Shown piece after piece: positions 12,140 through 25,000 of a stretch of DNA of 64,000 bases (position 1 is the stretch's first letter; each line of letters opens with the position of its first letter). The notes beneath the pieces were generated by a model, which was not told the origin of the DNA, made no database searches, and worked only from the letters and a program-made list of their open reading frames with translations. This stretch comes from Raillietiella orientalis. Its lineage: Eukaryota. Where the stretch lies: contig JAYWIR010000037.1 in the NCBI GenBank assembly GCA_036172245.1, positions 1,612,001-1,676,000 on the forward strand, read 5' to 3'. The position numbers and the translations under genes are program-made.

Positions 12140-15100
12140 GACGGCTAGCAGCCGCAAGCAGTTCACATCCGATTCTTCCGCAAACCGGATTCAAACAGCT
12201 TTGGGATGCACTTCCGTTGATAACTTGTAGTTTTAATGAGAACGTCCCACGGGTGCAAAATAAAGATTCACTGGGAAAATTGCACGTTGAATAGAAATCT
12301 CAATAGGAATAAGCACCGGTGGTTGTTTACATGCAATGAAAAAGAAAGCAAAAAGTAACAGCAATTGATCCACGATTCCCTAGCAGTGCAGCATATTTTC
12401 TACCGTGGTCTATATTGCCCTCGCATTAAATGGTAGTCGTTGAAGATACAAGAAGAATGCAAAACCGCTTTCAACGGATCATTTTTGAACCGAGACTTCG
12501 ACAAATGCAGTCCAGTGAACCAAACCTTCTTAGGAAACTTCTCCAGCCCAAAGCCCAATTGACCTCACAAGGAAGTGTTGGAATCATGGTTCTCTTTCTC
12601 CCTGACCCAGGAGTCGTAGAGTTCAGAATTCCTGCCTCCGTGTCTTATGGCTGCAATTGCCTAAATGTTATTTTCCTTCCAATGAAGAAGAGGAATTCCC
12701 ATTTGCAGAATCATCAGAGGACACAAAGCTCTAGGAGCAACTCCATACAAGTTTGAGGCATAACACCTCTAATCAATCTCCAGAAAAATATACGTACATG
12801 TTAGAAATAAGCAATGTGAATACTCTGGTATAAAAATGGAGCTCAACGATAAATTTTTCACGTGGTTGGAGGTCCATGAAACATTGAACTTACAAAATAG
12901 TCATTAGGGTTAGTCATTAATAGTCATTTCATAATGTGTGGATAATACATCGTCATAGCTACATGCAGCAGAATTACTAGGAATATGATCGGTCGTTTTA
13001 ACAGCATGTTCTTCAGAAAGACATACAGTACAGTATTTACTTCCAAGGATTGAAAGTTTACTCGATATGTGTCATTTTCATTACAAATTTACATTCCTTT
13101 ACCCTTTTTAAAACAATATTTATCTACCTTACTTGAACACTATATCAATCCTGTGCTAATTATTACAGAGTCACTTGGCTCATCTATTTCAAGGATTCTG
13201 TTGGGCTTTCGGAAACCAAATCTTCGTATCTTTGGGCGTGCAAGCTGTCTGCTTATGGCGTATCATGGAGTTTACTATACTGCGTAATTATAATCAGAAT
13301 ACTAGCTAGATATTGATTTCTGGATAGGAGAAGCAAAGAAAAAAAAAGATGGAATTACTTATTCTTGATTATTTGGTAATCAAGGGTTGTGTCTAAATTG
13401 CTGAAGGGGTCATGAAAATATGCATTACATGCATGCTTTGTAGATTATTAGAAAGCATTTGGCGAGGAGCGTGCATGTACTTTTTTGTGTACAGAAAATC
13501 CCTGAAAGCTTTAGGGTGGAATACGTTTTGGAGTGCTTAAAGGAAAGCGGAAGCTAAAGTCCGTCTTTAAACGTGAAGTGGAACTGAATAGAGTGCATTT
13601 CTGACAGCCCGCTGCTCAATGATGATTCTAAAGTTGATTCCATGATGCGTCAGACTGATGAACTGCGGCCTTATTGATTTTTATTTCTACGAATGTTTCT
13701 ACGGAAGAACAAATCTGCTTGTTAGAACAGATAAGCAAGCAGTGATAGATTCAGCGGTAGTCGGAATATTCATACTATGTTTTTTTCATCGACAGAATCT
13801 GTAGAGATTCGTCACTATTCAAGCAGAACGCTCAATTCCGGAAACCAAGTAATAACAGGATCATTCTGATTTCATAATTAGATTGGTTATCTCTTTAACA
13901 AGGCTCGGAGTTTGACGTTTGCGGTGTTTCGTGTCATGAGCGGTCTCTTCCTATGTGTTCAGTGTACCTCACTTGGTTTACATGCATCCCTGTAGTCTCT
14001 CGGAATTACACTGCCTTTAGTTTTTTCTTCTTTTTTTTTTTTTTTTTTAGAAAATGCTTTCCTTTCTGGAGACTGAGTGTTCCATCGCTGTTGTTAAAAT
14101 GCATGAGAAAATGGTTTAGCGAGGTGAACGAATGGAGGCCCTTCAATCTGCTGAGAACACTATTCTCAGTTGCTTTCGTCTGAATGAAAAGAGCAGCTAA
14201 ATTGCTAGGAAAAGCACCTGGTCCGCTAAACGATACCATGAAACCCTGGTCTCAAAAGTGCGCACACACCCACGGCAAGATACATCGTTATGCTCATTAA
14301 GCTATGAGTGTACTAGTTTTATCAACCGTCTGCAAACTTGTTAACGAAATAAAGCAAAATTGAACGGAGATCCAACTTTTCATTGAGTTCTTCCCATTCC
14401 AGTGGCATTCTAAATGTGAATGGACACTGTATGGATAAAATCAGGAAACTGAGATAGAGACATCGATCTCAGTATCCTGTTCGAAGAGAATTCGCCAAGA
14501 CAGAAGAAGTTCTGCCGGAAGAATCTCTAGACTTGAGCTGCTCAAAAGCAGCTGAGAACGAGACGACATTTCATCCGTTGAAAGCATGCAGGTCAAAAGG
14601 TTCTCAAGAGTATTTTATTAAAGTTTTGTTTACGCTGATTGACACTTCAAAGCATTTAAAGTTTTTCAAAAACTGCTCTGCTCGTGAGAAGGATCACATC
14701 ACTCATGATGATAATCTCGAAAAAGCTCATCTGCTTCCAAAGAATGGATACCAGATACAGGGCAGATGTATTTTGTTAGATACTAGAGATACAACTGTCC
14801 TTATACAAGGTGCATTTCTGGATAAAGGCTGGAAGGACATGCTCCTTGAAATGCAAAAGAGAGCAGAGAATACAAAGGTGATTCATTAAATGGAACACTT
14901 TTATCTGAAGAAGTTGTAGTTTCAAAAGACGGTGCCATGGAAAAATTCATCCGGGTGGCTATCGTGTCAAAGAGTGACTTCTGAGGAATCTTCTGTGGCC
15001 CAAAGTAGAAAGTTAGAGGGGAAAAAAACTCTGATTCGCTGCTGCCGCAACAGATGAATGCATATTTTCAGTTTTCGTGGTCTGAGTTTGATTGATCCGA

Positions 15101-18100
15101 CATTTGATAATAGTAAAAGAGTGATCCAAGAATTCAAGATCGAGCTCTTTATCATTTCTAAGTAGAGGAAGGAGGAAGTTTAAGAGTAAAAGAAACAGCC
15201 GGTTTTGGATATGTTTGTTACTAAGCTTACGGAGATAGCAATGACTTTGAGATTGATTAGGGGATTCTTATGAACGGGTATGATTTATACAATAATTTGC
15301 TTTAAAACCTTTGTATTTTTAGCCCTAAAATCCAAAGTCAGCTAAAGCATATTATTCCAATTCATTTCACTCGTAGATGCCCATTGGCACAAACTACAAT
15401 CAATAGGCACTTTTTCCAAAAGCAGTCAGTTAATTTGTTTGACAGTGCAAGTAGGATTAACTAAGTAGTTCCTGATCAAGGTAGATACGACTAAGGAAGT
15501 GAATCATATCTGAAAACTGCAGGAGATGTCACTTGGCTTCCTGGAATTTGCCCATCCAGAGCTGAAGGCCGGCTATAAGAATTAGTGCAGAGGAATGAAG
15601 AATTGCGGTCAGCGTCGTAAAATATGGGAAGCAATGGCACGCGATATTGGCAGCCTTTTTCCAAGTGCGAGGCTTTTCACAGAAGAGAACCAAGAAAGGT
15701 TCCCAAATCGTGGGCCATTTTGCGATAAGAAGGTAATAATTTGAATGCTTGCTGCAAGCACCAGTTCAACTGAAATGGGAAAGCAGGAATGGTTGCGATT
15801 CCAGAATGAACTTTCTAAGATTCTTATACTATCGAGGTTTTACGGTAAGGATCACGATGTCGTGATCTTCTGGCGATGGTCTTCAAAGCATTCCTTTCAC
15901 TGTAAAACACTCAATCTCATTAACGTGCTGACGGAACAATCATTATAACAGCGCACTATTTGGTCATTTGATATCAACGGAACTTCCCATTCTCTTTTGA
16001 CAAATAATTGATGCATTACTCACAGAGCGAGTGACCATATACAAAAACTCCCATTGAAATATAAGCAGTGGCCTTAATTATTGAAGATACGATGCTCATC
16101 CCAAAAGTAAGAGCCGATCGGATATAAAGAAAGAACACATAAGAGAAACGAAAATGCATTGGTGGTCCTAAAACACTTGTTCCACGGTGTCAGAGGTGGT
16201 TGGAAAGGAATGGTGGCTGCGCAGGAAAATGACATGGGGATGGATGGATGTGTTTACAACCACCAATGCATTTTCGCTTCTCTTATGCGTTCTTTCTTTA
16301 TGTCCGATCGGCCCTTACTTTCGAAGGGCGTCTCGTACAATGTTGAATGGTACAATGAATAAAAATGTAGCAGTGATTTTTGAAAAATGAAGTTTAGGAT
16401 TTACGGAAGTCTTCTTCGTGACAGCCAGCAGAAAAGCAGGGCTGGGGATAGAACTCGTTGAATAAATGTTCTCAGTCGCAATTACTCGCTAAACTTTGCT
16501 GCCCAGTGACCAGACAGTGTTTTTTCTTTTTCTGTTTGTATTCAGAATCAACTCATAGTGAAAACAGGTGCTGGTTTTTTGACCTTCGCATGACTCATTA
16601 GGATGGGGAAAGAGCAAGGCGTTCAGGTTGTCTTCCATTTATGTTCATTACACGTCGAGATCTGTGCAAATCTAACGCAACAAATTGCATGTACCTAATA
16701 TAGCAGTACATACGGCATTGTGCCGGTATATGGGATTGCATTTATCCGCCTTCCTCACCAAAAGTGTTTACCAATCGGGAATCGCGCTTCATAATCGGCA
16801 AGCACAGTGATGGGATTGGGAGTTTTCCGTGGGGATCCTGTTCAAGGGAGAGGAAAAAGCAGCAAAACATCTGCATTTGTAGAAATCGAAAAGAGCGTTT
16901 CCTTGACAGATTCTCTGCTTCAGAAATGCTTTCTTTGCCCACGGCATCCGGCTGGATGTTTAGCAAGTTTTCTCATCACTTGTCGGCTCATGAGCTGCTC
17001 TATTTTTGGGTTTCAGAATCTCTTTTGGAAGCTATGACAGCTTGTCTGAGTTCTATGAAGTTTATTTTTCAGCACGGAATTCCGGCTCGAAAGATATCGG
17101 AGTGAACTTTCGTCTTATTGGAAACTAAGCGATCAGATGAGCAATAGGACTCGAAGAATTCTGAAAGATATCTGTTTTCATTAAATAGGTGGCACTGAGA
17201 TCTAGTCAATGATTACAGAACCACGAAGATTAATGATTCTCGAAATTCAATAAAAATCCTCATTGATTGCAAAGGGAAAATCTAATTAATCGTAAATCTA
17301 CGTCGAGGGACAAAAAATACGTTGAAACAGAATTTCTAGATTACTCTATAAGCTCACGACTTGATTTCCGTATCCCACGAACTGAAAGGAAAAATTTCTA
17401 TGATTCTGTTTTTTGAAAATTTCGCGGTGATCCTTTACTAACGCTCCCAAGCACTGATAACAAGTGCGACTTGTATGGCAAAGGGGAAAAGAATTCGTAT
17501 CCAAGTTACGTTTCACGATCTCATAACTTTGTAATTCAAAAACATATTCTGAAAACTGACAGCAGAGGACCAACTTGGACGACGCCGGATGGTAAAAAAA
17601 AGATAGGGCGTCTTGGAGAGCCACGATTATGAACTCTGCTTATCTCTTCAAAACACAGTGCTCTAGTCATAGGATTCTATATGACCGTAGTTGTTGGGAC
17701 GTGTAATAGCTTTTCCTTCCTGGGTGACAAATCCTCATTCGATGTGCCCCCCTTGAAAATCCGTGTTGGAACATGACGAGCACTTTCTCCGAGTTTTTTT
17801 TGGGGGGGGTTCTCTCGGTGCAGGCGGGAATTCTGGGCTTGGAAATTGTTCCGATGCGTTTGCCATTCAACGTTTGCTCTTTTGCCTTGTTCGAGATTAG
17901 AAATTTCCAAAAACTGCCTAATTTAGCAGATTTTTTTTTTTTTTTTTGGTTTGTTATGGGAAGGTCGGATTGCCAGAACCACCTCGCAATAAAACCACGA
18001 ACGAAAGACGCGGAAACGTTTGCATGTACGAAAAAGCACGCAGCTCAGCCAACGGATTGTGCTGGAGAAAACCAAAAACCATCCTCGAAAACCTTTTGGA

Positions 18101-21100
18101 ATTTTATCTACCAGCCGATTTTTCATGTGAGTCTAAGCTTTCGGTCTGGAAAATTCGAACCCAACGAGCCGAATGAATACGAGATTCGATATCTTTTTTG
18201 ATTCTCTGAGGATATCAGGGAAAGTGTCCCTCTTCGCTAAGAAGAAGAACAAAGACCTTCAGAGCTTTCGGCGGTAACTTTGCAGTCAATTAAGGAGGGA
18301 ACTTCGGTTGCCATGCAAAATTTCAGCTATTTACTAGCAGTGCATTCGTGGAGAAAACTGCGCAGGTTGCAATTTTTTGGCATCTCTGTGCGTGATGCGG
18401 GAGTGATTTTTAACAGGAATTCTGGCGTCGAATTTTTCCTGAAAGCCAGTTCTAGAAGGAAGAGTAACGGGACCGAGTTTGCAATTTCTGCCCGAAAAGC
18501 TCCACTTGAGAAAGCACCATCCGATACACCACGTGTTTGAGGTTTCACTTGTTACCCAATTTTTGGAATTTTTTTCGGATGCAGTCAGTAGGCTTTACAG
18601 TTGCGTCGACGACTTTTCTCCCCAAAAATATGCAGAATCAGCTCAATGATGCATAGTGAAAACACCCAATGCTCGACCTTTCTTCTTCTGCGGCCACATA
18701 CATAAGTTTGCAACATCACGCGGACTGTACGTTATATATTGCAATACACAATCATGTAAAAAACGAAAATCCAAAATCTAAATGAAACCAAGCGTTTTTT
18801 TTAAATGTAGGTGTAATATTTCATGTGGAGACTTTCTTAGACTCTTTTAGATAAATCAGATTTATAATTGCTACATGCTATTCTCAATGCAATGATTTGG
18901 TCCGCACATAGAAGCTTGGCGGGTCGTAGATCGAGCATAGCTGATCTAATGGAATAATTGCAGTCGGGAGATTTATTATACAACATCTACGAAGTGTAAA
19001 GGGGAACAAATGATCAGCACGGGTTTAACTGAATTACCCTAATTAGCTCTAAATTCAAAAGGAGCGCGTGTATCCTATTGTGCCTTTAAGAAGATCGCGT
19101 TGTGCGCATCGCAAAGGTCATCATCTGAATACCTTGGCTAGATACTCGAATATTCCACGATCGGGTCGTGGTGGAAGCTGGTCTTCTTGATTTTAAGCGT
19201 TTGCTAGGGCTCTCTCTCAGCTTGACGTTTTGACAGGCAGTTTGGAATCTGCACCTCCGTAGCTGCAATTTATTCCTAAGCAGAATCGTTGCGGAAGTGC
19301 TGTGTACATTGACGGCTGTGAAGACAGCTTCGGCTGTAGTTGGATGGGAATTATTTTTGTGAGCTCTGTGACTTGTCAAAAAAGTAAAATCACGGTTCAC
19401 TAAAGGGGATCTTCCCTGTAACTGCGATCGTTTTCTTGTGGATGTCCACAAATTCCATTACCGCTTATTTTATTTGTCATGTCCTTCTTTTCTTGCATCT
19501 CTATTCCTAATTTTCACCTTACAGAAAGGACTGAGTTTTAAAAAAAAAACAGCGCACATGAGTCATCAAGAACCCGAGCAGTGCTGGTAAATGACGTGAA
19601 TGCAGTTATGATCTCAAATGAAGGATGATGATTGCCGGATTTTGTGTGCATGAGAAATTAATATCGAGACGAACTAAGATAAGCATGAAAAAGACCTTCT
19701 ATACCTGAAGAAGACCAAAAAATGATCCGTGAAGATGGTCATAGAAAAGAAGCAATTTCAAATAGGATCATGGAAAGCGGGGGTGAATTGCATGTACTGG
19801 ATTTCATTTTCGAATTTTCATCTTCGTGGAAACTTTTATGGAACTGGGAACAGCCATCCTGGAAGCGAAGGAATCTGAGCGGAGGTGACCAACAGCAGCT
19901 AAACTTTGAGACCCTTTTCCTTGAGATGAAGAGAGTTAAGCATCCGCGATTTCAGTTCTCAAGCGGATCCTGAAATTCGAAAACCTTGCATGAAAATTCG
20001 TCGATATGGATTTCATGTAGTGCAAAAGTTTTGGTTTTCTAAGGTTTACATAGTCAGTTTCGCGGATCTGCAACAAAATCTCCAGCCGAACAACTGTGAA
20101 CGAAAAAAAAATTTCCTCTAGAATTCTTGCAGCTGGAACTCGGCATTGCTGTTTTCCCTAATTATACTGAAGAAAATATTTTTTTTCGATAGTTCTCCTC
20201 GGTGATTCCATTAAAATATTTGAAATCCGAATGGCGGCGGATAAATTTCATGAAATTTTTATGGAATCATTGCTTTTTGGTAAGACTCAAAGTACAAAAT
20301 TAGCATTCGAAGTTATCTAGAATCTTAGCATTCTAAGCATCTGCTTTTAGCATAGTATGAAAACATAAACACACCTTAACTAGTCTTTTCCTCTGCGCTT
20401 TAGAATAATTTCCTGATAAACCCTCAGTATGATTACCCCTTTTAGTAGAGTGCTCATAATGACCAAAGGTCCCAGAGCTCATCATATACTTCTTTTCTGA
20501 CTTGTACATTTTGTGACACGAAATTTTGTTAAATTCCATGGAGCTGAAACCTTCTGTTTAGTATACAATGAAGAATACCAACCTTCAGGATTCTTGAATC
20601 CTGAAGGTTATCCGTTTACTTTGATGGAAAACCTGCAGTGTCTTGAATGGACATCATCTGTGATTATTACAAAGAACGCACTGACGCATCATCAGAGAGA
20701 CCACTCTTCCGATAGGGATGGAAGTTTCGGATGCCCGTCGTGGACCCGCCTGTTTGGAAGAAGAAATTTGCAAAGCCGTACCAAAAACTTCCGAAACATC
20801 TGCTGGAGACCGGGACTTTTTAGAGAAAACAGCTGAATAAAGGGAACAACCAGTTATCCAGCATACAGGAAGCAGTGTCGTCACGTGATGGTATTTTCAT
20901 AGCCATTGCAGCGCTAATGAGTGTCTTGAAAAATCCACCTGGCTTTGCTAACAGATTGAGGGAATGCTGGGAAATCAGAATGACATGCAAGGAGTGTATG
21001 AAGTTAATGGAACACCCAGATTTCGCCTTCCTGATATCTGGTTCTTAATGAAGAACAGCAGAGTAATTGGTTTTAGAAAGGAAACCTCGCTAAAGGAACG

Positions 21101-21935
21101 GCAATGTCACTTATTAGAAAATTGGGAAATCGTGGTCTTCTCTAATAGCGAGGAGATCTGAAATTAGTTTATGTCGAAGGAGACACTGTCATTGCTATTG
21201 CCATCCAAAGCCTAGTGATCACTTTGGGTCATCAGTGCACTTTGTTTTCTTCCTGTTGAATTTACAAAGGGAGATAGGTGTTCGTTGCTCGCGTTCCTTT
21301 CTAACTTTCTGAATCCGACTTGGGTGAGTTTAAAAAAAGTATATATCCCAAACAATATCCAAATCAGTAATAAAAAAGATAGATTTCGATGTTGTGGGTT
21401 CGGTTCAAAAATGACCTGTGGTTAAAAATTCACTCAGGGTAAATTCCCGAGCACGTTTATCCAAGGGGAATGAGCTCCATGGGTGTGTGTGCTGTGGATA
21501 TTTGGTAATCCTAATCCAATCGGTCATCCGTTTCGAACCTTGGAACATCCTGTTTTTTGGAGTTCTTTTATTCCCTCAGGGCACTGCCACTAACGTTATC
21601 ATTTTAAAATAGCAGATACGGTGAATCGAGCATGGTGGAAGTGGTTGAGCTGGTAGTAGGGTGGCACTTTCGTGGATTACGTTGGTGCTCCGGAGAATCA
21701 GACTGAGCGCTTCTGACGGCTTCACGTGCCGTATTGCGCCGGCAGGCATCTCCCATGATGACTTCACTGGTGCTTTTATGGCTTGCGCCTTCCTCAAAAT
21801 TTCGAAAAATCGTGTGGAAATCAGTAATGGGAAACACTAAGGGGCAGGGTTACGATATGGGATCACGATTTTGAAAATTTCACCCTGGATAATGGTTTTC
21901 TGCTTTTCCTTTCCTTTCTGTTTCTTTTTTTTCAG

Positions 21936-22033
21936 ATATGAAACACAGGATTGGCAGTTTCCCTTATTTTTCTGGAGTTTGCTTCATTGCATTCTACGTA
22001 GATGTGATTCGCAAATTGGTCCTGACATCGAAC
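21936..22033 (+). CDS. Probable signal-peptide exon of the Sidestep-like gene
   Basis: About 35-nt polypyrimidine tract + CAG acceptor and GTAAGA donor. The phase 2->1 frame reads YETQDWQFPLFFWSLLHCILRRCDSQIGPDIE(P) and joins in frame to 30815. It has a hydrophobic core and a plausible CDS|Q cleavage site. No in-frame ATG was found. Confidence 0.55.
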
Positions 22034-25000
22034 GTAAGAAAGCCTCTGGAAATTTTGCAATAATTCTTCGTGCGCGGCAATTTTTTTGCTTCGGGAAGAC
22101 CACTGCGCTCTGCGAGCAGGAAGAGCCGAACTCCAGCTGATGGCCAGTTTCAGATTTCCAGAAAACTTGGCTCGTACCTGATCGCGAATAGTTTCGTCTT
22201 ATCCGAGAAAAAGTTTCCCATTTTCTAAAAGATTCCTTTACATTGTAACGGTGTTGTAGTGGGACTTACTCCAAGTTCGAGTGCCGATTGATCAGTTGTA
22301 AATGACATGCGAAAGAGCACTGGTTCCAAAGTATTCATTCATCTTACGTGAGAATCCGAGAACCACACGATCATTCCAGCTGTCAGGCAGTCTATAAATT
22401 TCCTGCATTTCTACTCGCTCTCTCCACGAGATGGCTTATTCCTCTTGATGGATTCCACTCGTTCTTTCATTCATCGCTGTCTCATCACAAGGTCAGCACT
22501 CTCTTCTAGTGTTACGAGATCTTGAGGATTAGCATTCGCATCCAGACCTTGATTCTCTTCCATTAGGAGCTGATAAACATAAGCTAGTATTTTTCACGAG
22601 TGCTCCTGCATGCAGCATTCCGTACGTCACGCTCTCCAAATTTGCTCGTGTGCTCTCAGTTTCCGCATCCATTTTCCGGACTAGTTTAATTTGCCTCCAG
22701 GAACTCCTACTTCTTCTGACAGCCAGGTGGTCTTTCCAGAACCTCGGTACTTTGTTTTTCGTTTTTTCACTTCGTTCGAGGTGTCACGGATCTTTAGGTA
22801 TAGGTTACCAATTAGCGAATCGCCAATGTGATGCAGATTACATGTTTGATAATCATGTGCAGTCAGTTCAGGTGATTCGATTCATGGTCTTTCTCTCCTG
22901 TGAATCAACTGGAATCTTTTTCAAGTGTTTTCAGTCACCTTGTTCAGTTCATTAATTCTAATCAACCAAGAGCTTCGTGCTACCATTAGCTGCTGCCGTT
23001 TCAAATAGCAGCCAATAGGAGGCAAGCCCTAATGCCTGTTTGTACCCATTAGAATACAAATTAAGTTTCCATCGTTTTGCTGAGTTCCAAATTTTTGCAT
23101 GTGTTTCATTTTATCTTTTTTAATGGACTTCGTTCCGAAAGGTCTGTCTCCTGAGACCTTTCTTTCTTCAACTCTTCAAAGTCCTTTCTCTTGCAAATAG
23201 CCCTTGAGCTCAAAACCAAAATTCTATTCAAAAGTTACTGGTTTCTCAGGCACTTAAAAGCGTTGTGATCTTCAAAATAGGGAGCACCCATTCTTGGAAT
23301 TCTTCTAAACATGTTGATGTCTCAATCACTTTATTCGATGAACAGTAAATAAGCACGGCTTACCTGCGAAACTTTGAAGAACTAGAAGCATTGAAGAACT
23401 CACCAGGAACAGCAGAAGAAACATAAAAAATAATCCCTGTGAAATGGTTGAATGGGCATTGAATGAATGAGTCAGAAATCCTTCTTGTTTACATGAAACT
23501 ACATTGTGAAACTGTCTTTGCTCAATATTCACACGGAGCTTAGCAGCCTCGATCCGAAACACGAATACCGGCTGCCCTGCTAAAGTGTAGTAGCTGTTGA
23601 GATTGCACGAGGGCATCCTTTCCAAAGAACAAATGACTTCCCTCTCCTTTCAGTTCTTTGTTATAGCTCCTTAGTTAGATCACTACATACTTGGCACCCC
23701 TGGCGACTTTCCGTTTAAAGGTCGATTCCATTCCTTCCTGCTTTACAACAGTTCACTCGAATTTCTCGAGTTCTCGTCTTCGTTTCCTATCTTAGACACG
23801 TCTCAGGAGTCTTGTGCTCAGTACGATACCTGAAATGTCTCCTCCTCCAAATGTCTCCAATGCATTTTTCATACTAGATGCATTACAGATTGCATATCGA
23901 AATATCAAAGCCAAAGAGGCGTATTTGAAGCTTCTTTTGGCAAATTGAGCATTTGGCTGTTTCAGGCTGCTTTTCACGGAATACAGGAATCATCATCAGA
24001 GGTTACTATTCCAGCGTCATTCGTTCTGATTCTTAAGCACGACTGCTCACTGGTGGCCCATCGCACTATTTGCTTTTGTGTTCGTCGACATGGGTGCCTG
24101 AAGAAGAGCTACGATTTCGCAGGCTGACCGATGCATTTGATTCGAATGGGAAATTTTCTTGAACCTCATCTGATTTCCACTTGAGCATTTTCTTATTCCT
24201 CGGAACGAATCTTTTTGCAAGGCTATTCAATGTAGAAGACTTCCTCTTTCTCTGGAAAGCCAAGAAAAAGAGAACATTGGATGTCTTTTGCAAACGTATG
24301 ACGAAGTTTCAGGTCTTTAAGTGGGCGATCCTTTTTTTTAATAGGATATTTAAATATATGATGGGTTGCGAAAGCTTGAAGTGCGAGCGCTGATCCAGAT
24401 GCATGAGCTGCTCACCTCCGCGTTTGCTCATATACCTTGCAGCTCAAAACACAGCTTCTGATACGAGTGCATTCGCTACTAGGAAGAAATAGCTGTATAT
24501 GATTTCCAGTCTGCTTTTGTTTGCTGGAGTCTTTCTGATTGCACTTCTTCAGGGATTCAACTGCTAGAAGGTTTTTCCATTATAATCCATCCCGTTGTTA
24601 GAGATCGTTTATTTCGGTTATTGAGCCAAATTGCCCAGGGGTTTGTTACCTTCAGTGGATGCAACGATGAACACCCCGCTGCTCTCATTTTGTGGTGTGT
24701 CAGGTCTTCAACGTTCGTGCAAGTCTCTTCGAATGCCCACAAGCTGTGATCTTCCTACAAAGCAGCTTTCTTCACAGGAGATGCATTTTCGTTTCTTCAA
24801 CGTCCTCCTAGACAGTATCTAAAAAGCATTACAAATGGCACCTAAAAAGTGCCAACAGCAAGTTTAAACTTCACCACATTGGTAGTAGTCCATCCAATGA
24901 AATTCGTTATCGAAATTGTCTAGTACCCTTCATCCACTGCAAGCAATGTAGCGTTAATTGAATTATCTATGTATTGGCATTGCTTATTCTGGAGTGAGGC

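Noticed and set aside
20101..20188. Imperfect inverted repeat (CGAAAAAAAA...TTTTTTTTCG) as a MITE
   Set aside because: The pairing comes mostly from A/T homopolymers and there is no target-site duplication.
19558..21510. ATG-containing phase-2 exons (donors near 19587 and 21504) as the first coding exon of the Side-like gene
   Set aside because: Both end in TG, which forms TGA when joined to the A at 21936.
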